Shown: positions 10,771 through 21,119, numbered from the stretch's first letter. The stretch is DNA of 64,000 nt from an uncultured delta proteobacterium (GCA_963718965.1 CAVRBJ010000038.1:86402-150401), one strand, 5' to 3'. Translations and numbers: made by a program. The notes: generated from the sequence alone by a model not told the origin.

Positions 10771-11705
10771 TTATTGAAAAAATGCCTTTGAAAAACGCTG
10801 GTCTGCGTCAGATTCCTTGACATAGCGCAGTTCTTTCAGGAACACAACAAACTCAAGGGCCTTTGCCCTATCCAGGCTGCCTGTGTAGATACAGTGCTGC
10901 AGAGCCTGCTCAACAACGGCACGATCCATGGATGTATATTTCACGCCGATCGCCGCTGCTTCATCAGGATGATCGGCAATGAAAGCGCAGGCTTTTGCAT
11001 GGGCAGCCTGTATCTTTTTAATAGTTTGCGGCTGTGCGCTCACAAAGCGTGCGGCTGGCAATAAGCACGCAGCAGGGATGGTCTTTCCAGATGTCAGCAG
11101 AATACAGCAGAACCTGCGCCGCAGCTGACTGCAGAGCCTGCGCCGGATAGGGCTGCCAGGCAATAAAAGCGTCGATATTTTTCTGCTCAAGGGCCTGCAG
11201 CATCTCCGGCGGTTTCAAAATAATGGCTCGAATATTCTGAAAACTCATCATGCTGTTTTTCAGTGCCCGCCGCAGCAGGAAATCCTGCATGGTGGCATGG
11301 CCGGGAAGAGCTACAAATCTGCCTGCCAATGCTTTGAGAGAATCGGTGCCGGAGCCCTTTCGCGCAGACAATGGCAGATCCTTCAAGGTTTACCTGTGCG
11401 ATGAACTGTATATCTGCAGCGCCGTTGAGCAGCGCAGCCGTAGCCGGGGCCTGCCCCACATATCCGAAATCGAGATCACCCGAGCCGAAGGCGCTCATTT
11501 CCTCCGGGCCTGCCTTGAAAACACCGCCGACCTGCACGTTCAGGCCCTGTTCTGAAAAGTAGCCCTTCTCAATGGCTATAAATGCAGGCAGATGATGCAG
11601 ATCGCTTTGCAGGTAGCCAAGGCGGAGAACGGAGTCATCCTTTTTGGCGCAGGCGCAGAGCGAAAGAATCAGACAGAGGAGAACATAATAGAATTGGAGC
11701 CTCAT
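10771..11705 (-). CDS. ABC transporter substrate-binding protein (NMT1/SsuA/TauA-like); frameshifted
   Basis: The N-terminal signal or lipoprotein-like peptide is MRLQFYYVLLCLILSLCACAKK, followed by LRLGYLQSDLHHLPAFIAIEKGYF. Three reverse fragments (11187-11705, 11018-11386, 10771-11190) join with two shifts. Confidence 0.7.
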
Positions 11706-11710
11706 GGAGA

Positions 11711-12208
11711 TTATTTCCCGGAAGGTTTTTTAGAAGGCTTTTTCTCAACCGGATCGGCCATCAGCTTTTCAATATGGCCTCGCGGATATTTATTGCTGTC
11801 AGGCTCATGCAGTTCATCAGTATTCATATTCCATTTCTCAACAATGGCGCCATCGCTGTAATTGCCTTCCTGCTTTGATCCGTCAGGGCGCTGCAGCACC
11901 CCCTTGCCGGCCATTTTGCCATTCTGCCACTGGCCGTCATAGACATCGCCGTCAGCATAGGTGTATTTGCCATGGCCGTTAAATTTGCCGTCGAGAAAAT
12001 TGCCGGTATATATGTCGCCATTGGCAAAGGTGAAAGTGCCATAGCCCGTGCGTTTTCCATTTATAAATTCTCCCTCATACTTGTTGCCGCTGTCCCACAC
12101 CCAGGTGCCGATGCCATTTTTGCAATCTCCCTCGGTGCAGGCGGCATTCCCCTGCTGCGGGAAAAACAGGCAGGCAAGAACAACTGCTGAAGCAACCAGT
12201 TTTTTCAT
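11711..12208 (-). CDS. MORN repeat-containing secreted protein
   Basis: The gene is intact. The signal peptide is MKKLVASAVVLACLFFPQQGNA. Repeated YxGxxxxGxxxGxG units follow (YEGEFINGKRTGYG, YTGNFLDGKFNGHG, YDGQWQNGKMAGKG). Confidence 0.85.
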   Translation of the reverse strand: MKKLVASAVVLACLFFPQQGNAACTEGDCKNGIGTWVWDSGNKYEGEFINGKRTGYGTFTFANGDIYTGNFLDGKFNGHGKYTYADGDVYDGQWQNGKMAGKGVLQRPDGSKQEGNYSDGAIVEKWNMNTDELHEPDSNKYPRGHIEKLMADPVEKKPSKKPSGK

Positions 12209-12226
12209 CTCTCATCTCCCATACAA

Positions 12227-12257
12227 CAATTCCCCGTCAACGACTGACGGGGAATTG
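12227..12257. other. 13-bp perfect-stem hairpin between the Hdr-like operon and the MORN gene
   Basis: CAATTCCCCGTCA (12227-12239), loop ACGAC, TGACGGGGAATTG (12245-12257). No clear U-tract follows on either strand, so it is not a canonical intrinsic terminator. Confidence 0.4.
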
Positions 12258-12303
12258 TAATTCTTAATTCAAAAATCCGCAATGCAAAACACTGCCACGC
12301 CAG

Positions 12304-13690
12304 TTACTCGCTCTCGGCCGCACCGGCTTCATCCTTGCCGCCACCCGCCTCAATCCCGAGCCCCATGCAGACAAGCTCGGTAATATCGCGCATGGTGACC
12401 GGCGCATTCATGGCCTGTATGCCGATCTGAAGGCCCTGGTAGCAGAACGGGCAGGCGGACACAAGCTCGGTTGCACCGGTTTGAAGCGCATCTGCAACGC
12501 GTTTCTGCGAAATCTTGTTTTGCATGTCGGGATAGCCCGACTTGAGTCCGCCGCCGGCGCCGCAGCAGCGGGAGTTCTCGCGGTTGCGCTCCATCTCGAT
12601 AAGCTTCACGCCGGGAATGAGGCTGAGCAGCTCACGCGGAGCATCAAACACGCCGCTGTGACGGCCCAAATGGCAGGGATCATGATAGGTGACCGTGAGG
12701 TTAACGGGCGTTTTAAGCTCGAGTTTCTTCTGCTTGATCAAATCGACGATATACTCGCTGGTGTGCTTCACCTCAAAATTCAGTTTGCCGATCTTGGCAT
12801 AATCCTCGCGGATGGTCTTCATGCAGCCCGCGCATGAGGTCACGAGGGTCTTAATGCCGAGGTCATTGAACTGCTCGATATTTTCCTTGCAGAGCTTTTC
12901 GAAGCTCGGTCGGTCGCCCATGCGCAGGAGAACAGAGCCGCAGCACTTTTCCTTGTTGCCGAGTATGCCGAAGTCGATACCGGCGGCATCAAGAATATTG
13001 GTCGTATTGATGCCGACTTCTTCAACATTATTGTCGTAGGAGGCTGTGCAGCCGACAAAGTACAGCACCTCGGACTTGCTTTTGGAGAATATCCTTCGGC
13101 TCATCCTTGATGCGCTTTTTCTTCTTGGCAAGCTTGCCCCAGCGAGCGCGCGAGCTTCTGGGCTGGCCCCAGGGATTGTCATAATTTTTTGTCTTGAGAA
13201 CAAGGTCTTTTTGTGAATCAAGGGGGCCGCAGTCTATATCAACAATGGTTTCGCGAATTCGCTCCCAGAGCTCAACCGTGTCGATTGCCACCGGGCAGAC
13301 GAAGTGGCACTGCATGCAGGTGCTGCAGGCATACAGGTCTTTGGCAAAGGCCTTCATCTCCTCCTCGGTCACGGGCTTTTTACCGCAGAGTTTTCCAAGA
13401 AAGCTGTCGGCGCTGAAGGCGCCGTGCTGACGGGATATGATGTCCTTGAACAGGCGCGCGCGTCCACGAGGAGTCAGGGGCTCGCGGCTGTCCTGGTCAT
13501 AGGCAGGGCACCAGTTGGAACACTCGCCGCAGCGCGTGCAGGCATCAAGCTCCATGAGCATGCGGGGGCTGAACTTTTCGATATTTAATTTTTTCATGCC
13601 CTGCACCGGGGCCGGTGATTCAGCCTGAGGCGTCGTTTCCGCCTGTGCCGGTGCAGCAGTTGCTTCCTGATTTTTTATTTCGTTTTCCAT
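12304..13690 (-). CDS. HdrD/DsrK-like Fe-S oxidoreductase (2x[4Fe-4S] ferredoxin domain plus two CCG domains); one frameshift near 13080
   Basis: The N-terminal half (13028-13690) has CTRCGECSNWCP and CSTCMQCHFVCP. The C-terminal half (12304-13221) has ...YFVGCTASYD...EKCCGS...TSCAGCM...YHDPCHLGRH...RCCGAGGG...SACPFCYQGL. Confidence 0.8.
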
Positions 13691-13702
13691 GGTCGCCTCC
13701 TT

Positions 13703-14485
13703 TTAATGTGCCCGCTCTGAAGCGTCAATAACGATTTCAAGGGGACTGACAATGACATGCCAGGCCTTGCTGAAGGGTATATAGCCGCAAAAAAACAGCG
13801 ACACGAGTGCGTGCAGCCATACCCAGGGGTTATAGGTTGCCCAGGTCAATCCCATACCTTTAAAAATGCCCGCCATAATATTTCCAACAAAAGAATACGC
13901 GGCAACATCTGCATATATGGGATTGGTGAGACGCAAACCTTCGCACAGGAAACCAGTGAGCGCAATGGTTGTGAGCAGGCAGAGGGACAGAGTGTCCTTT
14001 TGTATGGTTTCAAGCTGCTTGGTTTTGATGACATAGCGGCGAACAATGGCGATGGCAAGCCCAACAACAAGCATAAGGCCGAAAACATCGCCCCACACGT
14101 CAAGCACGCGAGCGCCGAATCCGCCAAAGGGAGCATCGGTGAATTTAAACATTGTTCTGGCAAGAGCCGTGTCTGGCGGCAGGAAATGGCTGGCAAGGGC
14201 CATGACCGTTGTCTGTGCGAAAAGGCCCATAAAGCCGATAAATATGCAGAAATGCATGAGCCAGCGCACAAAGCTGATTTTTAAAATCTGCACCTGCAGC
14301 AGGCAGTCAAAAATAAATGCCTTGATTATGGCAGGAATATTGAGGCCATGATGCAGGCTTGGCGCTTTACCTTTGAACCACAGCGTTACACTTGCAAATG
14401 CACCTGCTATAAAACAAAGAACGATTATTACCGTCAGTGTATAGAGTGCTGCGGTTGCGGGGAAATACAGGTAGCTATCGTACAT
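13703..14485 (-). CDS. Integral membrane protein, DsrM/HdrE/NarI-like (putative haem-b quinol-interacting subunit)
   Basis: Intact 260-aa ORF with 5-6 hydrophobic spans, lying 12 nt upstream of the HdrD-like gene. The C-terminal block WVWLHALVSLFFCGYIPFSKAWHVIVSP parallels WWAHALILLFFLNYLPYSKHLHILTSLP in the membrane domain of the gene at 62244. Confidence 0.65.
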   Translation of the reverse strand: MYDSYLYFPATAALYTLTVIIVLCFIAGAFASVTLWFKGKAPSLHHGLNIPAIIKAFIFDCLLQVQILKISFVRWLMHFCIFIGFMGLFAQTTVMALASHFLPPDTALARTMFKFTDAPFGGFGARVLDVWGDVFGLMLVVGLAIAIVRRYVIKTKQLETIQKDTLSLCLLTTIALTGFLCEGLRLTNPIYADVAAYSFVGNIMAGIFKGMGLTWATYNPWVWLHALVSLFFCGYIPFSKAWHVIVSPLEIVIDASERAH

Positions 14486-15679
14486 GTCGACCTCCTTTGC
14501 TGGTGTAGCACACCACCTTGTTTCAGGTGGAAGTATATTGTTAAAAACGCCGCAGTAGCCTTGCGCAGCGTTAAAAAAAGAAACCCGGCAAGCGCCGTTT
14601 CCTGTCCACAGGGCTGCCCGTCGCTTCGCAGCTTCTGTATAGTTTCTGCCACTTCAACTGCCTGCTTGGTCAAGAGCTCTATTTCAGAACTTTCGATACA
14701 TTCCAAACACGCAGACGCCTCGAGCTCACGCGCCCGCTTCCAGATTGTTTCAATAAAAACTCGGATTTTTTCCGGATCATATACCTTTCTGCCGATAAGC
14801 CAGGTAAAGGCCGTGCGCTCAAGAGAAAGAGCCATGATGCGGGCATTGCTTACAGCACTCAGAAAAGAGCGGTACTGTTTTTTTTCACAAGGGGCCTTCG
14901 CAAGCCCCACTGCAACCCGGCAATGACTGGTACTCCTACCGGTAAAAATCTCAAACAGCAGGCTGTTTGCTGCAAGATAATCGGGATGCTCGAAATGGGG
15001 CCCGAAAAGATAAAAAAAACCCTTGCCATAGGCCTTTTTAATCGCCGCTGCATTTCCCAGCAATGCTCGGACGGCTATTTCACGGTCTATCAGATACTCT
15101 GTCGAGTCGGTAAAGCCCGCGTATTCGGCCAGCACCTCAACATCATCTGATGGCAGAAAAGCCGGGCCGCCATAGAGCGGAGCTTCTATATACTGCCCGT
15201 CACGGCCCCAGCCGTGAGAGTCTCAGTTGCAAACCCTCGCGCACAGGGTGATACACATACCGGCAGCCATACTCTGTGCAGAACTTTTCAGGGTTTGTCA
15301 CTGCCTCGGGCAGATCTTTTGTCAGATTTGCAATGCGAGCTGCCACAAAGTTAAACTGATTGAGCGGCGGCAGCGATGAATTCAGTGGCAGATAAGCGCC
15401 TGCACAGGCCCCTATATAAATGCCGCCACAGAGTACAAACTTTTCAATAGCATCGGCACCGATTTTACCTAACGCCTGGGCTATGGCAAATGTGTCGCCT
15501 CCGGAAACAAAAAACACATCTACTCCGGAAAGTGCATCAGCGGCGATATCATGATCATCAAAAAAATTAACGCTATGATATTCTTCACGGTCGAAAAGGT
15601 CGGCAAACCATGTCCATGAATGCGATGCACCCTGCCCGACATAAATACCTATTTCCGGCTGATTTTTCATCATAAGCAA
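14434..15679 (-). CDS. Class-I glutamine-amidotransferase-like / BPL_N-like domain protein; frameshift near 15200
   Basis: The N-terminus reads ...IGIYVGQGASHSWTWFADLF...VDVFFVSGGDTFAIAQALG...FVLCGGIYIGACAGAYLPL, matching the GG-Y-G-CAGAY pattern of the BPL_N fold. After the shift it continues as ...GRDGQYIEAPLYGGPAFLPSDDVEVLAEYAGF... into ORF 14434-15135. The last 52 nt overlap the next gene, so the 3' end is uncertain. Confidence 0.55.
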
Positions 15680-15800
15680 AAGTTAGTGCGTTACTTATTT
15701 GACCGCTAAGTTGTTTTAGAATTTAACAGATTTCACAGTGCTTTACAAGGATAAAGCTCAATAGCGTGTAATGGAAAGAAAAGATTTATTGTTCAACCCG

Positions 15801-16127
15801 CTAAACCTTTTTTTTCACCTGCTTGAGTATGGGGTAGAGAGCCTCCTCGATCCGGGCATATTCCAGGGCAGCATCTTTAGCAACTTTGTACCAGTCAAGA
15901 ACGTCTGAAGGCAGGCTGGCTGAGCTGTCCTGTAGACGCGCTTCAATATGTTTTAAAAGCATCAGCACAAAATAGCGTTTGTCCTGCATAAGCCAGTCTG
16001 GGCCCGGTCCGCAGGATTTTTTTTTGCAGGCGCAGGCTGCGATATCAAAGCCGACCAGCGCCCCTACCCTTTTGACCTCTTTAAAATCAAGACGGTTAAA
16101 ACCTTTCTGGTGAAGCATATTACACAT
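15801..16127 (-). CDS. Hypothetical protein (108 aa)
   Basis: An intact ORF, co-oriented with and 14 nt upstream of the hydrolase gene. I recognised no family. Confidence 0.45.
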   Translation of the reverse strand: MCNMLHQKGFNRLDFKEVKRVGALVGFDIAACACKKKSCGPGPDWLMQDKRYFVLMLLKHIEARLQDSSASLPSDVLDWYKVAKDAALEYARIEEALYPILKQVKKKV

Positions 16128-16140
16128 AACCCCTCAGACT

Positions 16141-17020
16141 TTACTTCAGGTATTTAGCATACCATTCAAGAGCTTTGCCGGCAGAAAGCTTGAAATACTC
16201 GCCCTCATACACATCATAATGCCGTGCCCCTTCAATGATAAAAAGCTCCTTTGGTTCAGGGGCCTTTTCATACAGAATTTTTGATTCTTCCACCGGACAG
16301 ACGATATCGCAAGAGGCGCCGATGATCATAACGGGAATATTCAGGCCGGCGATATGATTCTCGGGTTTGCACTCCATGCTCTCCTTGATGGTCAGCAGCG
16401 GCAGCCTGTTTTTGAGCTTGGGATGAATTTCGACGGTCTTTTGATAAAAATCTTTTGAATCCGGATCGGTGAGAATCTGATCCATGTTCATCATGAGGGG
16501 TTTATTTTTCGTGACTGAGCGCTGCCAGGCCTTCTGCAGGGTGCTCATAAGTTTTTCTCGTGCTTCTTCATTCATTGCCGCCTGCCACCATGCGCTCGCC
16601 GCTTCCGAAGGTTATCTGCACGGAGAGGCATTTCACCCGCGTGTCGATAGCTGCTGCGTAGATTGCATTGGCTCCGCCAAATGATGTGCCCCAGAGGCCG
16701 ATGCGCGCAGGATCGACCTGCGGCAGGGTCTCCAGAAAAGTTATGGCATTGCGGATATCAACTACCTGCTCTGCAGGCACCAGCCTGCCCCGCTCGCCTT
16801 CGCTATCGCCAAATCCGCGGTAATCGAAAACACATGCTGCAAAGCCGTTCTGTGAAAAAAAATCGGCATACGGGGGCAGCAGTATTTCACGGATGCCGGA
16901 AAAACCGTGGCACAATACAACAGCAGGCAGCCGGCACCCTTCGCCTAAGGAATCAGGCAGATACAGATCGCCTGCGATCTTGCAGTTTTCAGAATAAAAA
17001 ACAATTTCCTGTTTCATCAT
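16141..17020 (-). CDS. Alpha/beta hydrolase; one frameshift near 16570
   Basis: The ATG at 17020 follows AAGGAG. HGFSG is an oxyanion-type motif and the nucleophile elbow is GLWGTSFGG. The C-terminal half is in ORF 16141-16575 (...IIGASCDIVCPVEES...GARHYDVY...). Confidence 0.8.
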
Positions 17021-17306
17021 GCAGCTCCTTTGAAGACAATAATCAAATTGGCAGAGGCTGATACATAACAAAAATGCCGCTCTGGCACAAACAGAAAAAA
17101 ATAGGTGATTTAATACAGACCGCCATAATAGAGCTTAATCCCGCAACAGGCTGATGCAGTCAAACAAGGAACTGTTTTTCATAATTGGACAGCAGGGTCA
17201 TTTAAAACTCATTGGTCCAAAAAATAATATTTAAAATTTTAAAATTTATAATATACTCTATTATGAATATTGAATTTTATTTTTCTAAAACAAAGGAGGA
17301 ACGGTC

Positions 17307-17945
17307 ATGATACTTATTGTGAAGATGCTTGGTGACACTAACGCAAAAAGGATGTGGGATTCAATTGTCCGTCAGCAAGACGAACTGCAGTCAGCGCTCG
17401 GAAGGAAGGGAAAGCTGCTCTATCTAAGCAAGCGCAGGGGCTATAATGAAGCCTGTCTTTTTGTGCATGTCAAGGATTCCGGCAGTATCATAGACCTTGT
17501 TGTTGACCATTTAAGTAAAATTGACGGCATATCATCCTTATGCATTGCGCATCTTTTCAAGCCGCGTTTTTTTCCTGTGCCAAAAGACACCTATGACATG
17601 AAACGCTATGTCATTACGGCAAAGGTGAGCCCCAGGCATTTCACTGATGTCTATAAAAAGCTGCTCAATCCGAACCTGCCGGAAGGTCTTAAGAGAGTGT
17701 ACTATGCTTTCACGTTCCACAGCTATGATGATAACCTGCAGTATTCTTTTTTGGCTAAAAACGAGGAAAGCGCCCAGAAATATGTTAATGACAGCATCAA
17801 TAAGGTAAAAGGCGTTATCATAGCGGATTTGCATCAGATCGAACGCACAAAGGCTTTTATAACCTACAAAGAATGGGTGAAGTACACATCAGAGGAAGAG
17901 AGTATTACGCCCGGTCAGTACCATATGATAAATGATGCTGAATGA
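17307..17945 (+). CDS. Hypothetical protein (212 aa), possibly two tandem RAM/ACT-like small-ligand domains
   Basis: The gene is intact. The ATG follows AAGGAGG after an AT-rich spacer. The two halves share a similar pattern (...CLFVHVKDSGSIIDLVVDHLSKIDGISSL... and ...YSFLAKNEESAQKYVNDSINKVKGVIIADL...). The domain call is tentative. Confidence 0.5.
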   Translation: MILIVKMLGDTNAKRMWDSIVRQQDELQSALGRKGKLLYLSKRRGYNEACLFVHVKDSGSIIDLVVDHLSKIDGISSLCIAHLFKPRFFPVPKDTYDMKRYVITAKVSPRHFTDVYKKLLNPNLPEGLKRVYYAFTFHSYDDNLQYSFLAKNEESAQKYVNDSINKVKGVIIADLHQIERTKAFITYKEWVKYTSEEESITPGQYHMINDAE

Positions 17946-17979
17946 CTTAAATAAGCTTTACAAGTCAGCGTGATAAAAC

Positions 17980-18016
17980 AATCGCCTGCCATGCTGTGTG
18001 GCAGGCGATTTTTTTC
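17980..18016. terminator. Bidirectional intrinsic terminator between the 212-aa gene and truA
   Basis: AATCGCCTGCC, a 9-nt loop, GGCAGGCGATT, then TTTTTT. The opposite strand also has a T-rich tail. Confidence 0.7.
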
Positions 18017-18060
18017 TGATTCCTGCAACAAAAATGAACAGTGAGTGTTCAAACGGCAAC

Positions 18061-18806
18061 TTAAAACTCGACAGTATAGAGAAACAGGCCATGCGGCGGG
18101 GCTGTAATGCCTGCATTGCTGCGCACTTTGCTCTTCGATAATTACCTCAATAGCACTTGACTCAAGTCTTGCCGGAGCCCACTTCCACAAGCGTGCCGAC
18201 GATGATGCGCACCATATTATAGAGAAAGCCATCAGCCTTGAAATATATTCGAGCCTGTGCCCGTCCATTTATAAAGTCAATGCTGTACATTTCGCGTTCC
18301 ATTGATTTTTTTTTCTATTTCAGCGTGGTAAAGCTCTGAAAATCATGTCTCCCGATAAACTGTGCCGCCGCTTGCTGCATGGGATTCACATCAAGGGGCT
18401 CAGGTATATGCCAGGCATATTTCCGCTCAAAAACATCATGCCGTGGCGCATTCCAGATGCGGTAGAGATAGGTTTTGCTTTTGGCATTGTAGCGGGCATG
18501 AAAGCGCTCGTCGGCGGGTTCGGCTGTTTTGACGATAATATCTTCCGGTAAATAGCGATAGCAGTAATCAAGCATCTCGCCAGGGCTCATGCGGCTCGCC
18601 GTTATAAAATTTGCAGCCTGGCTGTAGGCATGGGCGCCGGCATCGGTTCTGCCCGAGCCGATGAGCTCGATTTTTTCTCCCGTCATTCGCGACAGCACTG
18701 CCTCGATCTTGCCCTGTATGGTATTGTCGCTGTCTCCCAGGCGCTGCCAGCCCCGATAGCGCGTGCCGTCGTACTGCATAGTGAGCTTGATGTTTCTTTT
18801 CTTCAT
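18061..18806 (-). CDS. truA: tRNA pseudouridine(38-40) synthase TruA; frameshifted
   Basis: [23 protein letters not shown]...[11 protein letters not shown] (catalytic RTDxGVHA-type motif) ...[10 protein letters not shown]. It continues after shifts near 18315 and 18180 as ...[20 protein letters not shown]..., to the stop at 18061-18063. Confidence 0.85.
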
Positions 18807-19017
18807 TGCGGTTTCCTGTACATGCAAAATGTTGATGGGCCATTGTCGGCTATCCGCCACTGCCGAGTAAGCCGCATGCCATGCCGTTTATATCGTGGCA
18901 AATGTTCGAGCTTTATTTTTTGAAGGTTATTAAAAACTTGCTGTATTGTGCTGATAATACTATCACATATTCAATAGTCATATACAGAATTAAAACCTGA
19001 AAATACAAGGAGGAATT

Positions 19018-19191
19018 ATGGCGGAACATGTATGCAAAGGCGAACACACGGGTCATCTCTGTCTGCTGGCAAGCCAGGAGAAGTTTGAAGAAATAAAAAA
19101 GCTTGCCAAAAGCCCCAAATACATCTGCTTCAACTGCGGCCGGGTTGCCGACTCGGATAAAAATATCTGCAACCCCATGCCTCTTGACTGA
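19018..19191 (+). CDS. Small Cys-rich protein (57 aa), unlisted in the ORF track
   Basis: A strong AAGGAGG RBS lies 4 nt before the ATG at 19018. Translation is MAEHVCKGEHTGHLCLLASQEKFEEIKKLAKSPKYICFNCGRVADSDKNICNPMPLD. It lies antisense to the non-homologous tail of ORF 19053-19793. Confidence 0.55.
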   Translation: MAEHVCKGEHTGHLCLLASQEKFEEIKKLAKSPKYICFNCGRVADSDKNICNPMPLD

Positions 19192-19221
19192 GACATAGGG
19201 ACGACCATACAGTGGGCAGCA

Positions 19222-20154
19222 TTAGCACGGAGCTGCGTGCAGCTGCTGCGAATAGCATCGGCCCCCATCCATGCCGCACCATACACGCCTGCCGAATCAC
19301 CGAGCTGGTTTTTCAGAATCGGCGTCTTCATGTGTTCGCAGAAAACATACTTTTTCACGCGCTCAATGCCGAGGGTATACAGCTCATCGATATTTGAAAG
19401 TCCGCCGCCCAGAACCACTGCATCCGGATCGAGAATGGAAATAAGCCCTCCCAGACACCGGCCGAAGTCATCGAGAAAAAGATTGAAAGCCTCGACACAT
19501 TCGGCATCACCGCTGCGAAAGCCCTGAACAATGGATTGCATCGAAATAATGCGCCCGTAACGCGCATAAAAAGCCGCTTCGACACCGCCGCCGCTTATTT
19601 TTGTTTCAACGCAACCCTTATTTCCGCAGTAGCACGGCACCCCATGCGGATCAACTGCATAATGGCCCCACTCTCCGGCAATATTATGCAATCCTCTCCT
19701 GATATGCCCATCGATGCACATTCCGCCACCACAGCCCGTTCCCATGATAACGCCGAAAACAAGACCATAGCCCAGGCAGCCCCGGCCCTGCATTCGGCCA
19801 GAGTAAAACAGTTGGCATCGTTCTCGACGACGACACTGCAGCCCAGTGCACGTTCAATATCACTGTGCAGCGGCTTGCCTATAAGGCATGTCGTATTGGC
19901 ATTTTGTACAAGGCCCGTTCCGGCATGTATCGAACCCGGTATGCCGATGCCAATAGTATGCTTTTGTTGAGCAGGGACATGCTGCCCTGCTTCTTTTATC
20001 AAGGCGCACAGTGCATTGCAGTACTGCATCATACCCGTCACGTTGCGGTGTCGCAATACGCTTTCTGAACAGAACGGCATCATCCGGAGCAAGCAGCGAT
20101 AACCTCGGTTTTTGTGCCGCCAAGATCAATGCCAATTTTAAAAGCGTCAGTCAC
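19222..20154 (-). CDS. ROK family sugar kinase (NagK/glucokinase-like); frameshifted, both ends uncertain
   Basis: VTDAFKIGIDLGGTKTE is the ATP-binding start. The ROK zinc motif region is ...GEWGHYAVDPHGVPCYCGNKGCVET... The C-terminus is ...LGDSAGVYGAAWMG. About three shifts are needed. A 1-nt change in the T6 run at 20157-20162 would extend the start to the ATG at 20177. A shifted stop lies at 19222-19224. Confidence 0.7.
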
Positions 20155-20197
20155 TGTTTTTTGTATGAAATATTCATGAAATCAATCTACCAGTTTG

Positions 20198-20233
20198 TTT
20201 GTCGCTTGACAAAATAAATAAAAAAGCTAGAAT
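20198..20233 (+). promoter_or_regulatory. Candidate sigma70 promoter with overlapping palindrome upstream of the first SDR paralog
   Basis: TTGACA (20206-20211), N16, TAGAAT (20228-20233). The -35 box is embedded in the palindrome TTTGTC-GCTT-GACAAA (20198-20213), a possible TetR-type operator. Confidence 0.35.
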
Positions 20234-20305
20234 AAATACCAGTTGGTCGGTATGCATTTATAATGCAATAATTTGCTCATTTAAAACAATTCAAGGAGAC
20301 AGGCT

Positions 20306-21119
20306 ATGAAATCAGTCATTATTACCGGAAGTTCTAAAGGTATAGGTCTGGGCATGGCGCTTGAATTTCTCAAAAACAATTGTTCCGTCCTGATAAGCTC
20401 ACGAAAGCAGGCTGATGTTGATGCTGCTGTAAAAGACTTTTCCGCGCAATTCGGTGCTGAAAAAGTTATGGGCCTGACCTGCGACGTGACAGATATCAGC
20501 ACAGGTGCAGGCTCTCTGGGATGCCGCAGCCGCAAAATTCGGCAAAGTCGATATCTGGATCAATAATGCAGGCGCTGTAAACACTACCCTTCCGGTTTGG
20601 GAAGTGGATCCCGATGAAATTAAAACCGTCATTAACACCAATATTGTCGGCCATATGTTTGGCGTAAAGGTCGCAATGAAGGGCATGCTGAAGCAGGGCT
20701 TCGGCCAGATTTACAATTTTTACGGCTTCGGCTCAAATGATGATAAAAAGCCCGGCGGTCTTGGCGTCTACGGTACGACAAAGCGCGCCATCCGCTATCT
20801 CACCGAACTGCTTGTCGAAGAGGTTAAAGATACGCCTATTCAGGTCGGCTCTCTCATGCCGGGCACTGTCATAACCGAGCTTATGATTAAAACCATCAGC
20901 ACTATGCCTGCGCATCAGCGCGAAATGCTCAAGAAAAACTTTAATATCGTTGGTGACAAAGTTGAGACCGTATCCGAATTTCTGGTTGAAGAAATACTGA
21001 AAAATGATACAAACGGCGCTGTTATAAACTGGATGACCGAGGAAAAATTTAAAGCCCGCATGCAGGACCCCTATTATCAGAAACGGGATTTATTTTCCGA
21101 ATTAAAACTCGATGCCTGA
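20306..21119 (+). CDS. SDR family oxidoreductase, paralog 1 of 3 (NOL/NYC1-like blocks); one frameshift near 20500
   Basis: The ATG follows CAAGGAG. Blocks are MKSVIITGSSKGIGLGMALEFLK, ...VDIWINNAGAV..., ...VYGTTKRAIRY... (YxxxK) and ...LMPGTVITELM... It aligns along its full length with the genes at 22671 and 23503. Confidence 0.85.

Noticed and set aside
19053-19793. The long reverse ORF in the track, which extends the ROK kinase through 19053.
   Set aside because: ROK homology ends at ...GVYGAAWMG, near 19240. The remainder is non-homologous and fully antisense to an RBS-equipped small ORF. It is probably read-through caused by a frame shift.
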